DNA from: an uncultured Anaerolineales bacterium
GTDB taxonomy: Bacteria; Chloroflexota; Anaerolineae; Anaerolineales; UBA11858
Direction: 5' to 3'
Assembly (NCBI GenBank): GCA_964629085.1
Contig: CAZVPR010000016.1
Location: forward strand, 102 to 64,101
DNA: 64,000 bases
Shown here in pieces: positions 1 to 9,265 of this stretch; within the stretch, counting starts at the first letter, position 1, and each line of letters opens with the position of its first letter. The position numbers were made by a program, and so were the translations under genes. The notes below the pieces were generated by a model. That model was not told the DNA's origin and made no database searches. It saw nothing but the letters and a program-made list of their open reading frames with translations.

Positions 1-93
1 ATATTGAAATCCATAATCATGGGTTTTGTCGAACAGGGATTTATCTTGCATCTCAGCAAACATTTGCTGCTGAATACCGTTTAATTGTGTCAT
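1..93 (-). CDS. Partial CDS, 5' end only (runs off the left window edge); function unknown
   Basis: The reverse complement of 93..1 starts with ATG and reads MTQLNGIQQQMFAEMQDKSLFDKTHDYGFQY with no stop up to the edge. It begins 16 nt after the stop of the upstream same-strand gene. Confidence 0.4.
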   Translation of the reverse strand, partial: MTQLNGIQQQMFAEMQDKSLFDKTHDYGFQY

Positions 94-109
94 TTTCTAT
101 TTCCCAATG

Positions 110-958
110 TCAAGCAGTCGCCTGCCAGGATTCGGTGATGATCTTGCATTGTTTGGCATTCATCATTTCGGCTGTCAGATGCCAGCCAGCCAACCATTTG
201 TCGAAGATATCTTTCATGCGCTGATCGATCTGGATGACACTATCCGGGCAGATCGAGACGCAGCGGCAGCACTCAATGCAGGTCATGGGGTCTGACAGAC
301 CGCTATCAGCATCGAATGATTTTGTGGGGCATTCAATTTCGCACTCTCTGCACATCGAGCACTCATCGGCAACCCGTACAGGATGCGTGTAGCCTCGCTC
401 GTCAGCTGGGCGCGGTTTTGCTAACCCGGCGACAGCGCGGTTATAGCCAAACGGTTTTTGCAATTGAATTTCAATAGGGTTTTCTGTTATAAAGCTTTCC
501 CAGGCTAGCGCGGCGTATTCTCTGGCGACAGCGAAATCCTGCTCGTGAGGACGATCTGGCACCATCTGCCAGCCCCCCAGGTTGAAGGTATGCCGTCCCA
601 AAAATTCGGCGGTGAATAACACTTGAAAACCAGCTTGCTCCAACAGCAATTTGGTGTGGAAATGAGCATGCCCGGTTGATCTGGCTCCATAGGTAAAATA
701 CATCGCGCAACGTTGGCCTTCCCCTGCCAGGGCAGGGATCCAATCGTTGATCACGCTGGGGGCAAAATCAGCATAAACCGGGAATCCGAAGATAATGCCC
801 TCGAAATTCTCGAAGGGGATATTACTCTGGCGCGCCTCATGGGGGGTAACATCAAACAATTCGACCGGGCAATCCCGCTCGAGGAGTGTTCTCCTCATCA
901 CTTGAGCATAAGTGCGCGTGACATTGGTCCCGGAGAAATAAACAATAGCAATACTCAT
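110..958 (-). CDS. Flavodoxin-like domain protein with C-terminal 2x[4Fe-4S] ferredoxin domain
   Basis: 282-aa ORF. The N-terminus MSIAIVYFSGTNVTRTYA is flavodoxin-like. Two CxxCxxCxxxCP motifs are present (CSMCRECEIECP, CIECCRCVSICP). Confidence 0.8.
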   Translation of the reverse strand: MSIAIVYFSGTNVTRTYAQVMRRTLLERDCPVELFDVTPHEARQSNIPFENFEGIIFGFPVYADFAPSVINDWIPALAGEGQRCAMYFTYGARSTGHAHFHTKLLLEQAGFQVLFTAEFLGRHTFNLGGWQMVPDRPHEQDFAVAREYAALAWESFITENPIEIQLQKPFGYNRAVAGLAKPRPADERGYTHPVRVADECSMCRECEIECPTKSFDADSGLSDPMTCIECCRCVSICPDSVIQIDQRMKDIFDKWLAGWHLTAEMMNAKQCKIITESWQATA

Positions 959-960
959 CG

Positions 961-1455
961 CTAGGCTAATCCTGTTGGATCAACAGCTTTGGCTAATTTG
1001 GCAACCCGCGCCCCGAGTTGGCGAGCATAATCACGCGTCTCATCATCCAGATCATCGCTGAAAGCTACCCCATAATGCCCGCTGGCAGATAGGGGATCAC
1101 CAACCACGATCATGCCATAAATCAGGAAAGCCTGCAGGATAGACATGATGGTGGTTTCCTTGCCGCCGGTATGGTAGCCCGCCGAGGCAAAGGCAGCCCC
1201 AATCTTATTTTCCATTCGTTTGCGCAGGCCGACAAAATCATCGAAAACCTTCTTCAACTCCGCGGCCATGGTGCCAAAATAGACCGGGGAACCGGCGATG
1301 ATAGCATCGGCATTTAGAAATTCGTCCCGGGTGACAGCGGTTGTTTTGCGGAGCAGTACTTGTGATCCGGGCACGGATTCAACTCCTTTGACGATCTCCT
1401 GCGCTAATTCTTCGGTTCTGTTGGTGCGAGTGTGGTAGATGATCAAGATATTCAT
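961..1455 (-). CDS. Flavodoxin / WrbA-type FMN-dependent NAD(P)H oxidoreductase family protein
   Basis: 164-aa ORF with MNILIIYHTRTNRTEELA and GSPVYFGTMAAELK flavodoxin-fold motifs. Its stop lies 2 nt from the start of the next gene, so the two probably form an operon. Confidence 0.8.
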   Translation of the reverse strand: MNILIIYHTRTNRTEELAQEIVKGVESVPGSQVLLRKTTAVTRDEFLNADAIIAGSPVYFGTMAAELKKVFDDFVGLRKRMENKIGAAFASAGYHTGGKETTIMSILQAFLIYGMIVVGDPLSASGHYGVAFSDDLDDETRDYARQLGARVAKLAKAVDPTGLA

Positions 1456-1828
1456 GTTCTCTCCTAAAGAATAGTGCTTTACATATAGTTATTTTGCTAT
1501 ATGACTATTTATTTTACCAAATGTATTCCTGCTTAGAAATGGACAATCGAACATTTGCCCCCTTTTGAACCATAGATGAATTGAACGCCTTGGGCGGGAT
1601 GTGAAGAATAAATTTGTGTTTATCTTCACCTGAGTTGCGGGCATGAAATACAGCAAACTGCCTTAACAGAGCAGAGCGCAGTTGAAGGTAAATCGGGGCG
1701 TTTCGACTACGACTAGGCCTCCGCACAACGATTTTGGTTACAATATGCAGCTAATGATTTCTCATTTATCCGTGGTGAATTTTATGTGGAATTCTCTACC
1801 GCACATCTATGATCGAGACATAGGTTGT

Positions 1829-4351
1829 TCATTCCAGGAATCTTTTCAGTAATTTGCCCGTTCTCGAATTGATTACCTGGGCCACATCTTCTGGCCTACC
1901 CTCTGCAATTACATAACCGCCCGCCTGACCACCTTCGGGTCCGAGGTCGATCATCCAATCGCTGGACCACGCTAAATCCAGGTTGTGTTCAATGACCACA
2001 ACGGTGTTGCCCGCATCGACCAACTCGTGCAGCACTTTGAGCAGATACGATACATCAGCAACGTGCAAACCGGTGGTCGGTTCGTCTAACAGGTAAAGCG
2101 TTTTCCCCGATGATTTGCGCCCCAGTTCTTTGGCCAACTTGACGCGCTGCGCCTCACCGCCGCTCAACGTGGTGGCCGGTTGACCCAATTTGAGATACCC
2201 CATTCCCACACTTTCCATGAGCGCCAGACGCCGGTGCGCCGCGGAAAAATCCTGGAATAACTCAGCGGCCTGGCTGATCGACAGATCCAAAACATCAGCA
2301 ATGTTGTGGCCTTGGAATGTCACATCCAAAATCTCTGGGCGAAAGCGTCGCCCCCGGCAAGTTGGACAGCGCACTTCCACATCCGGCAAGAAATGCATAT
2401 TGACTGTCAGCGTGCCTGCTCCCTGACAGCGTTCGCAGCGACCACCTTTGACGTTGAACGAGAAATGCTTGGCTTCGAACTCCGTTGTCTGAGCGGCAAA
2501 AACTTTACGAATGGCCGTGAAGGCGTCGCTATATGTGGCAGCGTTAGAACGCGGTGTGCGTCCGATGGCGCTTTGGTCCAGGGTGATGACCTTGTCGATA
2601 TGCTGCCACCCATGAATACTGCGATGCTCTCCGGGAGGATCACCCGCATTGAAAAAGCGCTGCCGGGCGGCTTTGTCGAGGATGTCCAGGATCAGGGATG
2701 ATTTTCCCGAGCCGGAAACACCTGTCACGGCGATCAGCATCCCCAGCGGGAGTTTGACGCTGATGTCTTTGAGGTTGTGCTGGCGCGCTCCCTGGATTTC
2801 CAGGTGCTGGCCGTTCCCGGAGCGTCGTTTGGGTTTGGGGAGTGCCGCCCGCCCGGACAAATATCGACCCGTTGCCGAATCGGCCTGCGCCACCTCATCC
2901 GGGGTCCCAGATGCAACCACCTGGCCGCCCAATTCGCCGGCGCCGGGTCCCATGTCGATGACGTAATCCGCGGCCTGCACCATTTCCAAGTCATGTTCGA
3001 TGACCAGCACGGTGTTGCCCAGGTCGCGCAGCTTTCGCAACACTTTCACCAAGCGCGCCGTGTCGACCTGGTGTAATCCCAGGGTTGGCTCATCTAAAAC
3101 GTAGAGCACGCCCGTTAACCCCGACCCCAGCAGGGATGCCAGCCGTAAACGCTGCGTTTCCCCGGCGGATAGGGTTGGCGAGGCGCGCAACAAGGTGAGA
3201 TAGCCCGCGCCCACATCCACCAGCCGCTGGACCCGCGCGTTGAGATCGTTCAGGATGGGTGTGATGATAGCCTGTGCTTCATCGGCTACTGATTTGGGCA
3301 ATGCTTCCAGCCAAATGGCCAGTTCGCTGAGGGGCAGCTTCGAAATTTCGATGATCGTCTTGCCATTGATCGTTACGTCGCGGCTCTCAGGGCGTAAACG
3401 GTCGCCATGACAATCCGGGCAGGTTTGTGCGATCAACAGATGCTCTAGATCGTTGCGGTAATCCGGATTTTGAGCATGCTCCTGATAGCGGCGCATTACG
3501 CCGGTGACCACACCCTCGATGTTGCCCTTGCCCACCGTCGGCGGCGGTTTCTTTTCGGGGAAGTGCCGTCGAAAGGGTTCTCCATAAACGCCGTGCAGCA
3601 GCAAATCACGCTGAACATCCCCAAGGGTGTTGATAGGTACTTCAATATCGAATTTGAATCCGTAATAATCCCCGGCACTTTGCAGCACTTCGCCGTAATG
3701 GAGACTCTGACTCTCTTTCCAGATCAACACACCACCTTGGACTACACTTTGTTCTCCATCGATGATCTGGTTCACGTTTGGCTGGATGCTGGTACCCAGG
3801 CCGGTACACGTCTCACAGGCCCCGGCCGGCTTGTTGAATGAGAAATGTGCCATGCCCAATTCCGGAATCTTCGTGCCGCAATGCGGGCAAGGAAAGCAGT
3901 CGCTGATGTCGATTTCAGCACCAGCGTCATCTTCGATCTCATTGCTGCTTTGTTCACTCAACTCAGTAAAAGATGGGGAGATAAGTTTTTCGCAGGAAGG
4001 GCAAGGTTGATAGCCAAGGCGAGCAAACAACACACGCAAGTATGTGTACACCTCGGTCACCGTGCCCACGGTGGAGCGTGGGCTGCGATTGGTCTGGTGC
4101 TGCCCAACGCTGATTGAGGGCGAAAGCCCGTTGATACTCTCGATGGGCGGTTTGCTCAAATAATCGGTCACCATCCCCAGCGATTCCATATATTGCCGCT
4201 GGCCTTCTTTGTGCAGGATATCGAATGCCAACGTGGATTTTCCAGACCCTGAGAGTCCGGTCAAAACGACCAACTTATTTTTTGGAATGCTGACAGTGAC
4301 GTTCTTCAGGTTATGGAGTCGTGCCCCAATGACTGTGATTGAATTCTGCAT
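1829..4351 (-). CDS. UvrA-like excinuclease ABC subunit A paralogue (short form)
   Basis: Two ABC ATPase modules are present ([44 protein letters not shown]), together with Cys-cluster zinc modules (CPSC, CPHCG, CERCQGAG, CPTCRG). I chose the start at ATG 4351 (MQNSITVIG) because a GGAGAG sits 5-10 nt upstream; the track ORF extends to 4375. Confidence 0.85.
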   Translation of the reverse strand: MQNSITVIGARLHNLKNVTVSIPKNKLVVLTGLSGSGKSTLAFDILHKEGQRQYMESLGMVTDYLSKPPIESINGLSPSISVGQHQTNRSPRSTVGTVTEVYTYLRVLFARLGYQPCPSCEKLISPSFTELSEQSSNEIEDDAGAEIDISDCFPCPHCGTKIPELGMAHFSFNKPAGACETCTGLGTSIQPNVNQIIDGEQSVVQGGVLIWKESQSLHYGEVLQSAGDYYGFKFDIEVPINTLGDVQRDLLLHGVYGEPFRRHFPEKKPPPTVGKGNIEGVVTGVMRRYQEHAQNPDYRNDLEHLLIAQTCPDCHGDRLRPESRDVTINGKTIIEISKLPLSELAIWLEALPKSVADEAQAIITPILNDLNARVQRLVDVGAGYLTLLRASPTLSAGETQRLRLASLLGSGLTGVLYVLDEPTLGLHQVDTARLVKVLRKLRDLGNTVLVIEHDLEMVQAADYVIDMGPGAGELGGQVVASGTPDEVAQADSATGRYLSGRAALPKPKRRSGNGQHLEIQGARQHNLKDISVKLPLGMLIAVTGVSGSGKSSLILDILDKAARQRFFNAGDPPGEHRSIHGWQHIDKVITLDQSAIGRTPRSNAATYSDAFTAIRKVFAAQTTEFEAKHFSFNVKGGRCERCQGAGTLTVNMHFLPDVEVRCPTCRGRRFRPEILDVTFQGHNIADVLDLSISQAAELFQDFSAAHRRLALMESVGMGYLKLGQPATTLSGGEAQRVKLAKELGRKSSGKTLYLLDEPTTGLHVADVSYLLKVLHELVDAGNTVVVIEHNLDLAWSSDWMIDLGPEGGQAGGYVIAEGRPEDVAQVINSRTGKLLKRFLE

Positions 4352-4567
4352 TTTTTCTCTCCAGGATAGTCCCAAAAAAACTCCGAATGGTTTGTCCAGT
4401 AATAGTTCGCTTTAGGTTGTTACCATCAAGGCGCAAAGACACAAAGAAATTATGCTTTTTCTTTGAGCCTTCGAGACTTGGTGTTTATGAGTCTGTGTAA
4501 CGCTTCAGCGTTTCCTTTAATTATCCAACCTTGGTGGATAAATGGAGAGTTTTTTAGCGCCCCAAGT

Positions 4568-5446
4568 TCAAATGTTACCCCAACTGGAGATTCCGCACAA
4601 TCGCTCTGAAAGCTGCCACAACTTGGTGGCTTCTTCCTGGCGGAGGGCATATTTGCTGGGGGTTGTTGAGCGGCATTCTTTCCAATATACATCCATTGAG
4701 CCATCAACGGAGGCATCGGTCGACACAAAAACAACAGTTTCTGCGCCTTTTTCAGGAGTCTTGCCTTTCTTTTGACGGCGTTCCCACACCCAACGCACGA
4801 TCCCGCCGGTTCCTTTGAGACCAATATCCGTGTTCACCAACCCGGGATCGATGGCGTATGCGCGCATGGTTGTCGTCTCTCCAAAGCGGCGGTTGAATTC
4901 CGCGGAAAAGAGCACATTGGCCAGCTTGGATTGCTTGTACGCTAACAGGGTATTGTATCGACGGCGCAGCATGACATCGTTCCAATGGATGCGCATTTTA
5001 CGGTGCGAATTGGAACTGACCGTCAAAACGCGCGCCGCTGGTGCGGCTTTCAGCAAAGGTATCAACTCGTGTGTGAGCAGGAAATGTGCAAGATGGTTGA
5101 CAGCGAATTGCGTTTCATAGCCATCTTCGGTGGCTGTGTACCAGTTCATGATCATGGCGGCATTATTCACCAACACATCTATCCTGTCATATCCTTGCTC
5201 TCGCACCCAATCACCGATATCGGTTGCCAAACTGCGTACCTGACGTTGAGCGGACAGATCGGCCAGCAAGTATTTGATCTGATCGTGGGATGAAACTTCC
5301 TTGAGTTTTTTTTCAGCGTCCTGACAGCGTTCTTTGGAACGTCCAATCCCAATTACCACGGCACCCTTTTGTGCCAACTCCAAGGCGGCAGAAAAACCGA
5401 TCCCTGATGTCGCCCCTGATACCACAATTACTTTGTTGTCTAACAT
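4568..5446 (-). CDS. Short-chain dehydrogenase/reductase (SDR) family oxidoreductase
   Basis: VVSGATSGIGFSAALELAQKG (TGxxxGxG) and YKQSK (YxxxK) motifs. An AAGGAA RBS lies upstream of ATG 5446. Confidence 0.85.
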   Translation of the reverse strand: MLDNKVIVVSGATSGIGFSAALELAQKGAVVIGIGRSKERCQDAEKKLKEVSSHDQIKYLLADLSAQRQVRSLATDIGDWVREQGYDRIDVLVNNAAMIMNWYTATEDGYETQFAVNHLAHFLLTHELIPLLKAAPAARVLTVSSNSHRKMRIHWNDVMLRRRYNTLLAYKQSKLANVLFSAEFNRRFGETTTMRAYAIDPGLVNTDIGLKGTGGIVRWVWERRQKKGKTPEKGAETVVFVSTDASVDGSMDVYWKECRSTTPSKYALRQEEATKLWQLSERLCGISSWGNI

Positions 5447-5490
5447 ATTTTGTTCCTTATCTTACTTAGATTGTATCTCACAGATATTTT

Positions 5491-5528
5491 AACCAATTGG
5501 TTATACCATATAGTATAACCAATTGGTT
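5491..5528. promoter_or_regulatory. 38-nt palindromic operator candidate in the divergent SDR/SDR promoter region
   Basis: AACCAATTGGTTATAC-CATATA-GTATAACCAATTGGTT has perfect 16-bp arms. The 12-mer AACCAATTGGTT occurs twice (5491-5502, 5517-5528). The site lies between divergent starts 5446 and 5629, with a TetR gene downstream. Confidence 0.6.
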
Positions 5529-5628
5529 GACATTTATCAAGGTCTTTGGTAATATTCGTTTTGTCAATGAAACAATCTGCCAATACCTGTTGAAAATTTC
5601 AACAGTAAACACAATAAAGGTGAAAAAA

Positions 5629-6468
5629 ATGAAAAGCTATGTCTGTATTACTGGTGCAACCGGGGGGGTGGGAAAAGCTTTTGCCGCTGAATGTGCTCAA
5701 CGGGGTTGGGACCTTTTTCTGACTGATCTGAATGCTTCCCTGCTCCCGCCGTTATCATCAGGAATTGAGCGCCTCTATGGGGTCGATGTGCATACGTACG
5801 CCTGTGATTTGACAAATCCTGAAGAGCGTAACCAATTTTGGCAGCACATTCAGGATTTGGGCATCCAATTTCATATGTTGATCAATGTGGCTGGCATCGA
5901 CTTTGAAGGTCTCTTCAAAGAACGCAGTCTGCAGCAACTCCGCACAATCATTCGGCTGAATATCGAAGCCACCTTGGAGATGACTCACAGCGTGCTTTCC
6001 CATCGCGATCCCTGCCGAACGTTGCGCATCATCAACGTTAGCAGCTTGGCCAGTTATTACCCTATGCCGGTCAAGGCTGTTTATGCCGCTTCCAAGCGTT
6101 TTCTTTTGGATATATCCCTGGCGTTACACCACGAACTGAGCGCGGATGATGTCTCCGTGACAGTGCTTTGTCCAGCCGGATTGCCTACAACGCTGACTTC
6201 CATCACAAAAATTGATGCCCAGGGCTTCATGGGTCAGGCAACCACGCTAAACGTTGGCGATGTGACTACAAAAACCATCGATTGGGCCATGAAAGGCCGC
6301 CCGGTCTACATCCCAGGTTGGATCAATCGACTGATGAAATCTTTGAGTCGCCTGGTTCCCCCAGTGACCATGGCTGGAATGCTCAAAAAACGCTGGATGA
6401 AGGCTTATAAGAAAGCAACTAGAGACGCGCGTTTACGCGGTGTTCCATCTCTCGCCAATCCGCAATAG
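5629..6468 (+). CDS. Short-chain dehydrogenase/reductase (SDR) family oxidoreductase
   Basis: MKSYVCITGATGGVGKAF (TGxxxGxG) and YAASK (YxxxK) motifs. I chose the start at ATG 5629, preceded by AAAGGTG. The track ORF extension back to 5497 runs through the operator palindrome. Confidence 0.8.
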   Translation: MKSYVCITGATGGVGKAFAAECAQRGWDLFLTDLNASLLPPLSSGIERLYGVDVHTYACDLTNPEERNQFWQHIQDLGIQFHMLINVAGIDFEGLFKERSLQQLRTIIRLNIEATLEMTHSVLSHRDPCRTLRIINVSSLASYYPMPVKAVYAASKRFLLDISLALHHELSADDVSVTVLCPAGLPTTLTSITKIDAQGFMGQATTLNVGDVTTKTIDWAMKGRPVYIPGWINRLMKSLSRLVPPVTMAGMLKKRWMKAYKKATRDARLRGVPSLANPQ

Positions 6469-6478
6469 GAACTTGCCT

Positions 6479-7066
6479 ATGACTCCACAAGCGACCAAAG
6501 AACATATTCGACTAGCAACCATTGAAGCTATCGAAAAACATGGCATCCAAAATATTACTACTCGCGTCATCGCTGAAGAGGCAGGTGTCAACAATGCCGC
6601 CCTGCATTATTATTATGGCACCAAGGAGCAATTGATAGAAGTGGCGCTGTCTTCCACCGTTGAACATTGGGTGGACGATACCAAAGAGATCTTATCCACG
6701 GATGAAACGATCAAAAACCGAATCCAGGCGATGTTAAATTATTTGGTAGATGGGGTGATTCGTTACCCGAACCTGATTCGTGCTCATATACAGAATCCAC
6801 TGATGGAGGGCAATGCCGAGAGCCCCTTCGTGCGAATGCTGTCGACCTGGTTAGATCAGGTACATGAGGGGTTGGCATCTGACGGAACACCTCAACAAGG
6901 CAAGCTGATTCGCATCGCCTTACAAACAGCCATCTCGTCGATCCTGGTGGCTGCCCTAATGCCGGAATCCAGCAATACCGCCATAGGGTTCAATCTGAAG
7001 GACGTAACTTTCCGCAGCGAATATATTGAGTACCTGACAAACAGTATCCTCTCTGTGGCCGGATAA
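6479..7066 (+). CDS. TetR/AcrR family transcriptional regulator
   Basis: N-terminal HTH IRLATIEAIEKHGIQNITTRVIAEEAGVNNAALHYYYGTKEQLI is typical of TetR. Start taken at ATG 6479 (MTPQATKE), 11 nt after the SDR stop. Confidence 0.85.
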   Translation: MTPQATKEHIRLATIEAIEKHGIQNITTRVIAEEAGVNNAALHYYYGTKEQLIEVALSSTVEHWVDDTKEILSTDETIKNRIQAMLNYLVDGVIRYPNLIRAHIQNPLMEGNAESPFVRMLSTWLDQVHEGLASDGTPQQGKLIRIALQTAISSILVAALMPESSNTAIGFNLKDVTFRSEYIEYLTNSILSVAG

Positions 7067-7085
7067 TTTGATCGATTCTACAAAA

Positions 7086-7125
7086 AAAGGTGGCAGTCAC
7101 TCCACGCGAAGTGACGGTCACCTTT
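7086..7125. terminator. Bidirectional terminator-like hairpin (member of the GGTGnCnGTCACT hairpin family)
   Basis: AAAGGTGGCAGTCACT-8 nt-AGTGACGGTCACCTTT forms a 16-bp stem with one mismatch and one G-U pair. It has an A-run before and a T-run after, and sits between convergent genes ending at 7066 and 7197. Confidence 0.6.
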
Positions 7126-7196
7126 TATATTCAACCTTTTCGAAACTCAGCTGTCGGCGTGAAAATGTGATAGTTATGTTGAAGCAATCGCCGCCA

Positions 7197-7928
7197 TCAA
7201 TCCACACACAAATGATCCTCTTCTGGGTCTTCAAATACGCCTTCAACCTGAACAACTTCCACGTCCCCCTGATAGGTTACCAGCATATCCATGGATGAGG
7301 TTGTATGCGGTCCACAACCATAGAATGCATAATAATATAGATGCACCAGGTAACCTTCATTCATCTCTTCCACGTGGGTATCCTCGATAACATCAACCAG
7401 ATACCGAAGTTCGCGATCATATTCAAGGCCGTAATAGGGCGAGACATCATCCCAGGCCAGGGCATAGCTCAGGGCTTCGTTGGCAGATTCAATTGGCGCA
7501 AAGGTTGCCTGCAAATCAGCCTGGGTTCTGATCAAGCGCATCTCATCATCAACAACAATTAAGTAACGTATATACGTCGGGTTAAGGCCCCCATAGGTAT
7601 AAACATGGCCTTCATCCTCATAGCGAAACAGGGTTTCATCATCATCCCAATGCGCGTAGGTTTCAAAAAAACAACTGGCAATTGGATAGGCAGGCGTCAG
7701 CCCTCCCAGGAGATCATACGGCCCAGCAATGCGGTCACAGCCCAATGCGACAAGCGGGCTGTCTTTCTCGCAAATCAGCGCCCCATAATCATTGGGTGGA
7801 CAGCCGACATCCAAAAAGGGGCTGAAATCAACAGAGAGGTCTGGCGGGGGATGATTAATGAACTCCGGCACTCGCTTGCAGTTAGACAGAGCCGCAAGGG
7901 AAAAAATAATCCATAGAAAATGTCTCAT
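7197..7928 (-). CDS. Hypothetical secreted protein or lipoprotein
   Basis: 243-aa ORF with the signal-like N-terminus MRHFLWIIFSLAALSNC. No recognisable family. Last gene of a tightly spaced minus-strand cluster. Confidence 0.6.
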   Translation of the reverse strand: MRHFLWIIFSLAALSNCKRVPEFINHPPPDLSVDFSPFLDVGCPPNDYGALICEKDSPLVALGCDRIAGPYDLLGGLTPAYPIASCFFETYAHWDDDETLFRYEDEGHVYTYGGLNPTYIRYLIVVDDEMRLIRTQADLQATFAPIESANEALSYALAWDDVSPYYGLEYDRELRYLVDVIEDTHVEEMNEGYLVHLYYYAFYGCGPHTTSSMDMLVTYQGDVEVVQVEGVFEDPEEDHLCVD

Positions 7929-7942
7929 AGATATGGGTATTC

Positions 7943-8413
7943 CTATCTTTCACATAAGGGTACAGTTTTGGTAAATTTCAACTCAATTTCTTGATTGCCC
8001 AACATCCCAATGAAAACCACGGATTTATTCTCATCGGGCATATATTCCGTGTGATAATCCTGGAACTCAATTAGGGAAATTTGCCCGTTATCTTCTTCAA
8101 CCAGCTCAAAGGTTGAAGAGACAGAAGGCGGAATTTCAATCTCTTCAAGGGTGAACGATTCTTGACAGGAATTTTTAACATCCAACAAGCCGCCGAGACA
8201 ATTATCCGCTTCAACTTTCAGGCATTCAACCACAGGATCGACGGACAAATGGATGATGGCCGTAGTGCCAAAACAGCTCCCCATGGCAATTGACTTGTTG
8301 CAGCCGGCGGCGGCGCTTTTTTCTGAGGCCAAAAAGCTGCAACTCAGCGCCAGCAATAGCAGAGCAAAGAAGACCAGGAATATCGGCTGACTTCTAAACA
8401 TGTGTGATTTCAA
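7943..8413 (-). CDS. Hypothetical secreted protein or lipoprotein
   Basis: 156-aa ORF with the hydrophobic leader IFLVFFALLLLALSCSF. It lies 14 nt upstream of the next gene. The start could instead be the internal Met (MFRSQ). Confidence 0.55.
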   Translation of the reverse strand: MKSHMFRSQPIFLVFFALLLLALSCSFLASEKSAAAGCNKSIAMGSCFGTTAIIHLSVDPVVECLKVEADNCLGGLLDVKNSCQESFTLEEIEIPPSVSSTFELVEEDNGQISLIEFQDYHTEYMPDENKSVVFIGMLGNQEIELKFTKTVPLCER

Positions 8414-8435
8414 TGGTCAACGACCTGAGTAAGAA

Positions 8436-9248
8436 TCACTCCACCCACAAGGATGCCAAAAAGGCGTCGATCCACTCTAAATCCGGGGCGAAATCTGCTT
8501 CATTCTCGTTGAATAACGCTTCGAATTCATCAAAATAGGCGGCCACACCTTCGGCATCTTCGGCATAGATTTCGGCGGGGGTTTCGCCCATTTCTGGCAG
8601 TTGCGAGTGTAGAATTCTCACGATGGCCTTTAGATAGTATTTGCCGTCATCGGTGAAACCCTGGAAGACGTAGACCAGATTTTCATTGTCCACAGGGGAC
8701 ACATCATGGATGCCGTATACACTGACAAAACGTACCCCCGAGCCGTTCTCGAAATCGAGCTGGGCCAGGTTGGCATTGAATTGCTGGTGATCGCACATGC
8801 GAAAGAACATATCTAAGGGCAATTCGGGGACGCAATCGCTGTAATTTTTCAGGCTATCGTTCAATCGATACAGATCGGCAACAATGCCGGGTGCAAAATC
8901 AGCTACTTCTTCATACTCTTCTACTGGGGCAATATACACCTGGGCCTGTTCCATATACAGATCGAAATGCACGAAGGCGGGGTGGGCCAGTTCGTACATG
9001 TCAGCACCATCGGCGGCGGGGATCGTCTCCATGGGCGGCTCGACGTCCAGAAACAGCTGCGGGTCATAATAGAGTCGGATGCCGTCCTGCTCGAAATAGG
9101 TTTCGTATGGGGGAGCAGCAGGATCTTCGGGATCAGGATCCGCCATATTCTCAGCAGTCCTGTCAACAACTATAAAGGCCATTTGTGTGAAAAGAATGAA
9201 TATCACCAATAAACGAACCGCCATGTTCACGTTTTCATTTTTCGTCAT
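8436..9248 (-). CDS. Hypothetical membrane-anchored or secreted acidic protein
   Basis: 270-aa ORF with an N-terminal hydrophobic segment (VRLLVIFILFTQMAFIVV). The body is acidic with no recognisable family. Confidence 0.6.
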   Translation of the reverse strand: MTKNENVNMAVRLLVIFILFTQMAFIVVDRTAENMADPDPEDPAAPPYETYFEQDGIRLYYDPQLFLDVEPPMETIPAADGADMYELAHPAFVHFDLYMEQAQVYIAPVEEYEEVADFAPGIVADLYRLNDSLKNYSDCVPELPLDMFFRMCDHQQFNANLAQLDFENGSGVRFVSVYGIHDVSPVDNENLVYVFQGFTDDGKYYLKAIVRILHSQLPEMGETPAEIYAEDAEGVAAYFDEFEALFNENEADFAPDLEWIDAFLASLWVE

Positions 9249-9265
9249 TGCTCACTCCTTGTGAA

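Noticed and set aside
1514-1726. A 70-aa minus-strand ORF in the 373-nt spacer between uvrA-like and the flavodoxin operon. The segment APIYLQLRSALLRQ faintly recalls a GntR N-terminus.
   Set aside because: It is too short, has no HTH continuation and no RBS. At most it is a decayed remnant, so it is not called as a gene.
2190-4117. Many 60-130-aa ORFs on the plus strand inside the UvrA-like gene (for example 2306..2701, 3470..3841).
   Set aside because: They lie antisense to, or out of frame with, a long ORF that has unmistakable UvrA motifs. Their Arg/Ala/Pro-rich composition is typical of antisense reading of GC-rich coding DNA.
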